The notes beneath the pieces were generated by a model. That model made no database searches and had not been told where the DNA came from. It was given only the letters and a program-made list of their open reading frames with translations. Both the position numbers and the translations under genes were made by a program. From an uncultured Gammaproteobacteria bacterium (GTDB lineage Bacteria; Patescibacteriota; Microgenomatia; CAZETR01; Amesbacteraceae): a stretch of 64,000 nucleotides of DNA. The DNA lies in NCBI GenBank assembly GCA_964543035.1, contig CAZIVL010000001.1, positions 236,159 through 300,158 of the forward strand, given 5' to 3'. Shown here one piece after another: positions 1 to 7,682 of this stretch. Positions within the stretch are counted from its first letter, which is position 1; the number at the start of each line of letters is the position of its first letter.

Positions 1-1
1 T

Positions 2-1762
2 GGCCGTGCCGCCTTTGGATATCTGGCCTCAGATATTGATTGTGGATTCAAATTATTTAGGAGGGATATTCTCAAACGAGTTTCTCTTCCATCTGACGGA
101 GCAATGGTAGATACCCAGCTTTTTGCCGGAGCCAGGGCCCGGGGCATGAAAGTGGCTGAACTAGAAGTGACACATCTCCCCAGGACCGCAGGCAGTTCAA
201 CTGGAGGTAATTTCAAGGTGGCGGCCAAAGCAGGACTCGAGTTGCTCGCTTTCTGGTGGCAATTAAAGCAGGAAATCATGGTGGAGCAGGGGAGAGCAGT
301 GTTCCGCTGGGAAGCGATTTGGATCTTGCTCATTATCTTAGGTGGAGGGTTCTTGCGTCTATGGCAAATTGATCAGCACATGACTTTTTTGGGTGACGAA
401 GGTCGCGATGCCATCGTCATGCGCGAAATGGTCCTGGGAAATCATTTTCCCCTCATAGGCCCCGGCACTTCCATTGGCAACATGTACCTAGGCCCCCTCT
501 ATTACTATTTGATGGCTCCTTCTCTGGCTTTGGCAAGCGAGTCCCCTGCTGGTCCCTCGATATTTGTAGCCTTGATAGGTCTTGCCACCATTGGGCTTTT
601 GTGGTGGATTGTACGTCAATGGACGGGCAGAACTGCCGCCCTAGTTGTCTCTGCACTTTATGCCATCTCACCGACTATCATCACCTATTCCCGCTCATCA
701 TGGAATCCCAACGTCATGCCATTTTTCGCCCTTCTTACTATATATAGTGTCTGGAAGGTGAGTGCTCTTGGGTACTGGCGCTGGGCAGTCATTGGTGCTG
801 TCTCTTTCGCATTTGTGCTCAACTCTCATTATCTGGGCTTGATACTCGCTCCTGTGGTGGCCATCTTTTTGTTTTTTTCCAAAAAAAGCCCATCTTCTCC
901 CAGATATTTAGCCCTCTCAGCCGCCGCCTTTATTTTATTGATGAGCCCTCTGTTCTTCTTTGACCTCAGACACAACTGGATAAACACCAAGGCAATGACG
1001 CTATTTTTTACAGATCGTCAGACAACGGTCAATCTCAAAGCCTACAAAGCGATCCCCAATCTCTGGCCCATCTGGTTGGATTTCAATGCCAGTATGTTTG
1101 CCGCCAAAGACAGGTCCCTGGGCCTAGTTTCTGCAATCGCCGTCCCCGTTTTGCTCATAATATTTGCCCTAAAAAATTCCCAAAAGCTTCGCTCCAAAGA
1201 TTTTCTTTTGACAGTTTCGTGGCTTGGCGTGGGTCTAATAGGTCTCGGCCTGTACAAGCAGCACATTTATGACCACTACATGGGCTTTATATTTCCGGCG
1301 GTTTTTATCCTCCTGGCATACAGCCTAGATTATCTTTTGCAAAAAAAAATCACAGCCAAAATCGTGGGACTGGTCTTTGTATTTTTGTTGTTTCACAATC
1401 TTTCTCGCACTCCACTTCTGTCTGCCCCCAACCATCAGTTAGACCGGACCCGCCAGGTCGCAGAGCTAATTCACGAGGAGACAGCAGGTAGACCTTTTAA
1501 CTTGGCACTTCTGGCCAAGTCCAATTACGACGCCAGTTACAGATATTTTCTCTACCAAAACAATTCACCTCTTTTTACGGTTCATCAGCAGATCACAGAC
1601 CAGCTCTATGTCATCTGCGAGATCTCCAATTGTCAGCCCATAGGGAATCCTCTCTGGGAGATCGCCGCTTTTGGCTGGGCCAGGATTGATAGGGAATGGG
1701 AGTTCCCCTGGGGGGTCAAGGTCTATCGTCTGATACCCAATCCAGAGGGAAAAAGCTTATGA
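2..1762 (+). CDS. 5'-partial fusion protein: C-terminal part of a DPM1/GtrB/ArnC-like GT2 polyprenyl-phosphate sugar synthase fused to a polytopic GT-C-type membrane domain
   Basis: The frame is open from nt 2 with no stop. The N-terminal segment reads ...CGFKLFRRDIL...THLPRTAGSSTGGNFKV..., typical of the DPM1-like GT2 C-terminus. It continues without interruption into TM helices and a DEGRDAIVMREM...GPGTS...YY loop motif shared with the CDSs at 1759, 3206 and 19365. The first ATG is at 104, but the reading frame enters from upstream of the window. Confidence 0.6.
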   Translation, partial: GRAAFGYLASDIDCGFKLFRRDILKRVSLPSDGAMVDTQLFAGARARGMKVAELEVTHLPRTAGSSTGGNFKVAAKAGLELLAFWWQLKQEIMVEQGRAVFRWEAIWILLIILGGGFLRLWQIDQHMTFLGDEGRDAIVMREMVLGNHFPLIGPGTSIGNMYLGPLYYYLMAPSLALASESPAGPSIFVALIGLATIGLLWWIVRQWTGRTAALVVSALYAISPTIITYSRSSWNPNVMPFFALLTIYSVWKVSALGYWRWAVIGAVSFAFVLNSHYLGLILAPVVAIFLFFSKKSPSSPRYLALSAAAFILLMSPLFFFDLRHNWINTKAMTLFFTDRQTTVNLKAYKAIPNLWPIWLDFNASMFAAKDRSLGLVSAIAVPVLLIIFALKNSQKLRSKDFLLTVSWLGVGLIGLGLYKQHIYDHYMGFIFPAVFILLAYSLDYLLQKKITAKIVGLVFVFLLFHNLSRTPLLSAPNHQLDRTRQVAELIHEETAGRPFNLALLAKSNYDASYRYFLYQNNSPLFTVHQQITDQLYVICEISNCQPIGNPLWEIAAFGWARIDREWEFPWGVKVYRLIPNPEGKSL

Positions 1763-3216
1763 GACTAAAACACTGGTTTCTCGTGATTTCAGTTTTGTTA
1801 ATAGGCTTGTTTGTAAGAACTTACAAAACCCCTGAATATTTGGGATTTTGGTACGACCAAGGAAGGGACGCCCTGGTTATCTGGGATCTGATTTACAATC
1901 ACAAATTTTTTCTTATTGGTCCTACCACTGGCATCGAAGGAATCTTTCGGGGACCGTGGTACTACTGGCTCATCACCCCTTTTTACTTTTTGGGTCGGGG
2001 AGACCCTGTTTGGCCAGCCGTATTTTTGGCTTTTACCACGATAGTGGCTTCTGCCTTAAGTTTTGTGCTAGCCAAAAAAATTGCAGGGTTCAAAGCCGGA
2101 TTTCTAGCACTGGTTATCTCCTCTCTGTCTTACAACCTGGTCGGTTCCGCCCGTTGGCTATCAAACCCAACTCCGATGTTTATTATCTCAGCGAGTATTC
2201 TCTATTTTGTCTTCAAAGTAATCGATGGTCGCAAATCCGCCTACCTGCCCTTATCCTTTCTCCTCGGATTGTCGATGCAATTTGGATCAGCGGCAGAAGT
2301 ATTTTATTTTCCCGCCATCGCGGCCTTCGTGTTGATCAACAAAAAATTATGGCCAGACCTAAAGACAATCATTTTTTCATCAGTGCTCCTGATGATCCCC
2401 TTTACCCCTCAGATTATTTTTGATGTTAGGCACGAAGGCATCCTGAGTAAAAATACATCCAAATTCTTTGTGGATGATTCCAGCTTCAAACTGTCATTTA
2501 TAGATACAATTTCCGTGCGTCTGCCTTTTTATTACGATATGTTCAGCAAAAAATTATTCCCCATGGTCCAGTCATACTTTATTCCATTTGGAATACTTGC
2601 AATAGCATCGCTCATTATCAGATTCAAAAAACTATCACCTCATGAAAGTTTCTTAAGTCTATTGTTTTTTGCACCACTTGTCGGAATGTTATTTTTTCAT
2701 GGTAACGAGGGCAATGTCTATGACTACTATTTCACTGGCTACTATCTTGTATTTGTCATCTTGTTTTCCGTCAGTATTTCACAATTGTATTCAAAAAAGT
2801 TAGCCCTCGCCGTATGCCTAATTTTTTTGGGATTTTTCCTCAAACAAAATACTATCGAATTGACAAATTACATTAAAGCAGGAGAGGGGGCGTACATTAC
2901 CCTTGCTTCTGGCATTAAAGCAGTCGACTGGGTATACAAAGATGCAGCAGGTACCCCCTTCAACACCGATGCCTACGTCCCGCCGATGATCCCATATGCT
3001 TATGACTATCTGTTTTTATGGCGAGGGACCAAGGTTTTCAATACTCTTCCTACCAAAGAGTTGCTCCCTCTTCTATATACCATTCAAGAGCCGGATTCTA
3101 GGCAACAGACCTTGCTAAACTCATGGCGTACTCGTCAGTCTACATTTTCATCCATAGAATATACCTATATTGCAGGCCCTCTAATAGTCGAGCGAAGGCA
3201 ACGTCATGAAAAATAA
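1759..3216 (+). CDS. polytopic membrane glycosyltransferase, GT-C superfamily (ArnT/PMT-like, DxxRDA family paralog)
   Basis: 485 aa with multiple TM helices. N-terminal loop motif DQGRDALVIWDL...GPTTGIEG...PWYYW. ATGA start/stop overlap with the upstream CDS (ATG 1759, TGA 1760-1762). Paralog of 3206..4648 and 19365..20837. Confidence 0.7.
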   Translation: MRLKHWFLVISVLLIGLFVRTYKTPEYLGFWYDQGRDALVIWDLIYNHKFFLIGPTTGIEGIFRGPWYYWLITPFYFLGRGDPVWPAVFLAFTTIVASALSFVLAKKIAGFKAGFLALVISSLSYNLVGSARWLSNPTPMFIISASILYFVFKVIDGRKSAYLPLSFLLGLSMQFGSAAEVFYFPAIAAFVLINKKLWPDLKTIIFSSVLLMIPFTPQIIFDVRHEGILSKNTSKFFVDDSSFKLSFIDTISVRLPFYYDMFSKKLFPMVQSYFIPFGILAIASLIIRFKKLSPHESFLSLLFFAPLVGMLFFHGNEGNVYDYYFTGYYLVFVILFSVSISQLYSKKLALAVCLIFLGFFLKQNTIELTNYIKAGEGAYITLASGIKAVDWVYKDAAGTPFNTDAYVPPMIPYAYDYLFLWRGTKVFNTLPTKELLPLLYTIQEPDSRQQTLLNSWRTRQSTFSSIEYTYIAGPLIVERRQRHEK

Positions 3217-4648
3217 GTCCATACTCATCTGCATAGTCTTACTCGCCTTGTTTGCCAGGTCATATCAGCTAGTGGAGAGGTTTGCCTATGATCATGATTC
3301 CGATCTCTCAGCCTGGATTTTTAAAGACATTGTCATTGATGGACACCTAAGGCTCATTGGCCAGCAGACATCATCATTGGGTCTTTTTATAGGTCCTCTC
3401 TTTTATTACTCACTCATCCCCTTTTACCTGGCCACGAATCTAGATCCCATCGGCACCTCAGTTTATCCCATAATTGTAGGTGTAGTCGGGGTCTTGAGTC
3501 TGTATTTTGTCACAGCCAAAACTACTGATAAAAAAACTGCTTTCTTTGCAGCTCTCATTTATGCCGGCTCTTTTTCTATCAGTAACACCGAACGGCAAGT
3601 CGTACCCACTGCCTGGATATTTGTTTGGTCCATCTGGTTTATCTACTCAGTACACCTTATTTATCAAGGAAAGAAGCTTGGACTCACTATCGCTGCTGTA
3701 TTACTGTCTCTGGTCTGGCATATCCAATTAGTGCTTGTGATTGCCGCAGTTCCCATGGGTATTGCCTGGATTTCGCGGTTCAAATCGTTTAAATTCAGAG
3801 ATTTTATTTTGCCGGTAGCGCTTCTAGTTATCATCTCAACCCCCCTGATTTTATTTGAGCTGCGTCACGATTTCATTCAGTTCAGGTCTTTATTCTTTTC
3901 GTCTCAGGTGGCAGAACAAGTTTCTCGAACATTAGCCCAAAAGTCGCTACATGTTTTGTCAGTTGCGGCAAAAAATGCCAATGCCATTTTTTGGGTTCGC
4001 CCAAACAATATTCCCGACTATGTTCTCCCCTTAGTAATTCTGATGGGATCAGGGATACTTTTGGTCAGAAAAAAGATATCCCGTCAATTGGTGTTAACTT
4101 TTGTTTTGTGGTTTGCAGTATTTATTGGTTTTTTTATCTTTCATCACATCAATCTTTCTGAGTACTACATCAACAGTCTGAACATTATGTGGATTATTTT
4201 GGCGGCGCTCGTGCTATCAAGACTTGGCAAATTAGGCAGTATTCTGCTAGTTGTTTTTTTGTTTTACAACCTTTACATAATAATTACTCTCCCTATAAAT
4301 CGTAGCGGTTATCTAAACAGAGTAGCAATGGTGGACTACATAGCAAAGGATGCAAAAGAACATAAGTTTCCTTGTATCGCCATCTCGTTTATGACCAATC
4401 CCGGTTATGAACTAGGGTATAGATATTTGTTCTGGCAGAAAAAAATGCATGTCAATCGCCCAAGTAGTAATAGCCCTGTCTACACAATTGTTTTTCCCCA
4501 CGGCCGGGCCAATCGTCTGGACTATACGAGTGGTGCTCTTGGACTGGTTCTGCCAGATTATTCTCGTTATAATGAATCCGGAGTAAGAGACAGTTGTTCA
4601 GGTGAGAACTCCAACGTTACTGATCCCATGTTTGGTTTTACAAAATGA
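3206..4648 (+). CDS. polytopic membrane glycosyltransferase, GT-C superfamily (DxxRDA family paralog)
   Basis: 480 aa hydrophobic protein. Motif DHDSDLSAWIFKD...GQQTSSLGLFIGPLFYY aligns with the neighbouring paralogs. 11-nt overlap with the upstream gene. Confidence 0.65.
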   Translation: MKNKSILICIVLLALFARSYQLVERFAYDHDSDLSAWIFKDIVIDGHLRLIGQQTSSLGLFIGPLFYYSLIPFYLATNLDPIGTSVYPIIVGVVGVLSLYFVTAKTTDKKTAFFAALIYAGSFSISNTERQVVPTAWIFVWSIWFIYSVHLIYQGKKLGLTIAAVLLSLVWHIQLVLVIAAVPMGIAWISRFKSFKFRDFILPVALLVIISTPLILFELRHDFIQFRSLFFSSQVAEQVSRTLAQKSLHVLSVAAKNANAIFWVRPNNIPDYVLPLVILMGSGILLVRKKISRQLVLTFVLWFAVFIGFFIFHHINLSEYYINSLNIMWIILAALVLSRLGKLGSILLVVFLFYNLYIIITLPINRSGYLNRVAMVDYIAKDAKEHKFPCIAISFMTNPGYELGYRYLFWQKKMHVNRPSSNSPVYTIVFPHGRANRLDYTSGALGLVLPDYSRYNESGVRDSCSGENSNVTDPMFGFTK

Positions 4649-5394
4649 CACCCTACTTATCCGTCATCATCCCCTCATACAACGAAGAAGACAACCTAAA
4701 TAGAGGTACACTCGATGTTGTCATTGCCTACTTGGAAAAACAGCCGTATCCCTGGGAAGTGATCCTTGTAAACGATGGCTCTACTGATTCCACAGCCCAG
4801 ATGTTGTCTGACTTCTCAAAATTTCAGAAGCATGTTCGCTTTATAGACAATCCTCATCAAGGCAAAGCCCAAACTGTTATTACTGGGGTTCTGGCGGCCG
4901 AGGGAGAAATCATTCTTTTTACAGACATGGACCAGGCTACTCCCATAACCGAGTTCGACAAATTTTTACCCAAGATAGAAGAAGGTCATGACATCATTAT
5001 TGGTTCTAGGGCCAACCGTGAAGGAGCTCCCTTGTTTAGAAAGATCCTGGCCTTTGGTATGGTGACGCTTCGAACGCTTATCCTCAATCTTCCCGTCCGG
5101 GATTCCCAGTGTGGCTTCAAAGCCTTTACTCGCGATGCAGCCGTCAAGATTTTTACAAAGATGAAAGAGCTGCGACCGTACAAGGTAATCGAGGGTCCGG
5201 CAGTAGACCCTGGTTTTGATGTGGAAATGATCTATCTCGGTCGCAAGCTGGGTTACAAGATTGTCGAAGTTCCCGTATCCTGGCGCCATCAAGAAAGTAG
5301 AAGAGTGAGCTTTATAAAAGATGCCAAAGCCGGCCTCATGGGACTTTTAGTTGTCCGCCTCCGCTCCCTCACCAACGCCTATAAGCTCAGATAA
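4645..5394 (+). CDS. GT2 glycosyltransferase, DPM1/GtrB/ArnC-like polyprenyl-phosphate sugar synthase
   Basis: N-terminus LSVIIPSYNEEDNL, then VILVNDGSTDST, then DMDQATP (DxD) and QCGFKAF. ATGA overlap at 4645-4648. Confidence 0.8.
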   Translation: MTPYLSVIIPSYNEEDNLNRGTLDVVIAYLEKQPYPWEVILVNDGSTDSTAQMLSDFSKFQKHVRFIDNPHQGKAQTVITGVLAAEGEIILFTDMDQATPITEFDKFLPKIEEGHDIIIGSRANREGAPLFRKILAFGMVTLRTLILNLPVRDSQCGFKAFTRDAAVKIFTKMKELRPYKVIEGPAVDPGFDVEMIYLGRKLGYKIVEVPVSWRHQESRRVSFIKDAKAGLMGLLVVRLRSLTNAYKLR

Positions 5395-5400
5395 GAGATT

Positions 5401-6153
5401 ATGAGTCCAAAACTGTCCATCGTTATCCCGGCTTACAATGAAGCAAAAAGCTTTCGATCTGGCATGCTGGACTCGGGCCTAGATTATCTCAAGTCGGTCA
5501 ATTATTCTTACGAAGTATTGTTTATAAACGATGGCTCGACCGACGACACGAAAGAACTTCTCGAGGGTCTCGCAAAAAAAGACAAACATTTCAAAGTCAT
5601 CACCATAAATCACGGAGGCAAAGCCAGTGCCGTCACGGCTGGAGTTCTGGCGGCCCAAGGCGAAATAGTATTATTTACCGACTTTGATCAATCCACTCCT
5701 CTGTATCAGGCAGAATCTTTTTTGAGATCTCATGATCTGGGGTCAGATGTCGTGATTGGGGTTAGGGGTGGGGGAGTAAGCACCAAGCAAGACACCTGGG
5801 TCAGAAAAGTCAGAAGTGCAATCTTTGTCACCCTTGTTCAGATTATTGCCCTGCCAGGAATCATTGACACTCAATGTGGCTTCAAGTCCTTCAAAAACGG
5901 TCTTGCCAAAAAAATATTTTCCAGTCTCAAAGTAAGCTTGCCTACTGGTGTAGTAACGGGAGGCTATATGGGGGCCTTTGATGTCGAAGTTCTCTTTTTG
6001 GCTCGCAAATACGGAGCAAATATTGCCCAGATCCCAGTCACCTGGATCAAATATCCCTCAGACAGATTAAATATCTGGAAGGAACCACTCCAAATGCTCA
6101 TCGATACAATCAAGGTCCGCCTCTGGGGTATACTAAGAAAGTACGATGCTTAA
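5401..6153 (+). CDS. GT2 glycosyltransferase, DPM1/GtrB-like (tandem paralog of 4645..5394)
   Basis: LSIVIPAYNEAKS, VLFINDGSTDDT, TDFDQSTP, QCGFKSF. Tandem duplicate of the preceding gene. Confidence 0.8.
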   Translation: MSPKLSIVIPAYNEAKSFRSGMLDSGLDYLKSVNYSYEVLFINDGSTDDTKELLEGLAKKDKHFKVITINHGGKASAVTAGVLAAQGEIVLFTDFDQSTPLYQAESFLRSHDLGSDVVIGVRGGGVSTKQDTWVRKVRSAIFVTLVQIIALPGIIDTQCGFKSFKNGLAKKIFSSLKVSLPTGVVTGGYMGAFDVEVLFLARKYGANIAQIPVTWIKYPSDRLNIWKEPLQMLIDTIKVRLWGILRKYDA

Positions 6154-7642
6154 GAAGTCTATTTTTATTTGTTTCCTGATCGCAGCAGCAGCAATCTTTT
6201 TACGTCTATACAACGTGGGTTTATGGCCTGTTTTTGCTGATGAATCCATCTATGTACGCTGGTCCCAGGTCATGCGGGCCGAAAGCACCCTCAGATTTCT
6301 TCCACTTTCCGATGGTAAACAGCCTCTGTTTATGTGGGCGACCATCCCCTTTTTCAAAATTATTTCCGATCCACTAGTGGCCGCCCGTTTTTTGTCAGCT
6401 CTTACCGGAATTTTTACAACTGCAGGCATAGCCCTTCTTTCTTGGCTAACTCTAAAAAATCTTCGCATCACATTCTGGACAGCCGCGATCTGGGCGACTG
6501 TTCCCTACTCAGTTTTTTTTAGTCGCATGGCTTTGGTAGATAGCATGCTCTGTATGTTTATCGTATGGGGATTGAGCCTAAGCGTTCTATCTATTCAAAA
6601 ACAGCGCTTAGATATGGCCATGATAGCCGGATTCTTTTTTGGGTTCGCGTGGCTCACAAAATCTCCCGCCACCATTGCCCTGATGTTATTACCTTCAGTA
6701 CTAATTTTTATCCCTCACAAAAATCTAAAAACTATTCTGTATTCACTATTCTATATTCTTACCCCAATCTTAATTGCCTTTGGCATGTACAACATCTTGC
6801 GCTTAGGCCCTGAGTTTCATCAGATTGCTTTGCGAAATGCCGATTATGTCTTTACTCTGCCTGAGATTCTAAAACACCCCCAAGATCCATTACTCCCTCA
6901 CCTTAAAGATAGTGTCACGTTTTATTTATATCTCCTCACACCTTTTGGTGTTTTATTGTCTTTGTGGGGTATATTGGCTGGGGGCAAATCGCACGTCTGG
7001 ACCAAGCTATTTTTTGGGCTTTGGTTTTTGCTACCCATCATTGCACTATCAGCCGTAGCCCGTGCTTTTACCGCCCGATATATTCTCTTTACAGCGCCTT
7101 TTGCCGTGATTCTGGCTGCTCACGCCGTGGAGCATATAGGCCAGCACACCAAAAGACACTTACTCTCAGCCCTGACTGGAGCCTTGATCATAATTCCTTC
7201 TCTTTGGATTGATCATCTGATGCTGACAAATCCTGCGAATATGCCCATGGCCAGGATTGAGCGCTCCGGGTATCTAGAAGAGTGGACTGCCGGGTTCGGG
7301 CTCAAAGAAGTATCTGCTCGCATTCAAACAGCGGCCGAAAAACGTCCAGTTATAGTGGGGTCTGAGGGTTTTTTTGGCACTCCATTTGACGGACTCCAAA
7401 TGTATCTCAACGGTGTACCAAATGTTCGAGTAATTGGAGTCGGAGTCTGGATAGACTCAGTCCACGAAAAGTTAATCAACGCCTCGGTCGAAAACCAGAT
7501 ATTTTTAGTGGTCAACTCCAGTAGGTTCCATCACGAAAAACCAGAAGATTTGGGACTCAAACTTTTGGCCAGCTACCCAAAGGCTGTTCGCCCAGATGGT
7601 ACCCAGGAATATTTGTTGTTTTTTGAATACATACCAAAATAA
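6146..7642 (+). CDS. ArnT/PMT-like GT-C membrane glycosyltransferase (GT83/GT39-like)
   Basis: 498 aa polytopic protein. N-terminal ADESIYVRWSQVMRAE...GKQPLFMW resembles the ArnT DE-motif loop. It follows two Und-P-sugar synthase-like GT2 genes, an ArnC-ArnT-like arrangement. Confidence 0.7.
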   Translation: MLKKSIFICFLIAAAAIFLRLYNVGLWPVFADESIYVRWSQVMRAESTLRFLPLSDGKQPLFMWATIPFFKIISDPLVAARFLSALTGIFTTAGIALLSWLTLKNLRITFWTAAIWATVPYSVFFSRMALVDSMLCMFIVWGLSLSVLSIQKQRLDMAMIAGFFFGFAWLTKSPATIALMLLPSVLIFIPHKNLKTILYSLFYILTPILIAFGMYNILRLGPEFHQIALRNADYVFTLPEILKHPQDPLLPHLKDSVTFYLYLLTPFGVLLSLWGILAGGKSHVWTKLFFGLWFLLPIIALSAVARAFTARYILFTAPFAVILAAHAVEHIGQHTKRHLLSALTGALIIIPSLWIDHLMLTNPANMPMARIERSGYLEEWTAGFGLKEVSARIQTAAEKRPVIVGSEGFFGTPFDGLQMYLNGVPNVRVIGVGVWIDSVHEKLINASVENQIFLVVNSSRFHHEKPEDLGLKLLASYPKAVRPDGTQEYLLFFEYIPK

Positions 7643-7647
7643 TACAA

Positions 7648-7677
7648 TGTCATCCTGAGTGTAAGCGAAGGATCCAG
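7648..7677. repeat. degenerate, internally deleted copy of the palindromic element (tgtcatcctgag...aagcgaa..ggatcca) in the 5' leader of the 7683 CDS
   Basis: Shares the left terminal repeat tgtcatcc(t/c)ga, the aagcgaa core and ggatcc with the full copies at 8167..8225 and 40495..40564. It lacks the right terminal repeat. Confidence 0.35.
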
Positions 7678-7682
7678 TCTTT

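Noticed and set aside
453-671. Short ORFs nested inside or antisense to long CDSs (for example 453..671, 1042..1266, 1848..2423, 3507..3731, 4966..5292, 13149..13607, 31307..31696, 35561..36025 and similar)
   Set aside because: Each is fully embedded in a much longer ORF that has clear family motifs and paralogs. They are low-complexity, in alternate frames and have no independent start context. They are treated as spurious.
1331-1339. Other long homopolymers (A9 at 1331, T9/A9 at 54723, A8 at 37021, T7A7 at 55506)
   Set aside because: All are in-frame and the surrounding translations align with paralogs. There is no evidence of current frameshifts, so they are only potential slippage sites.
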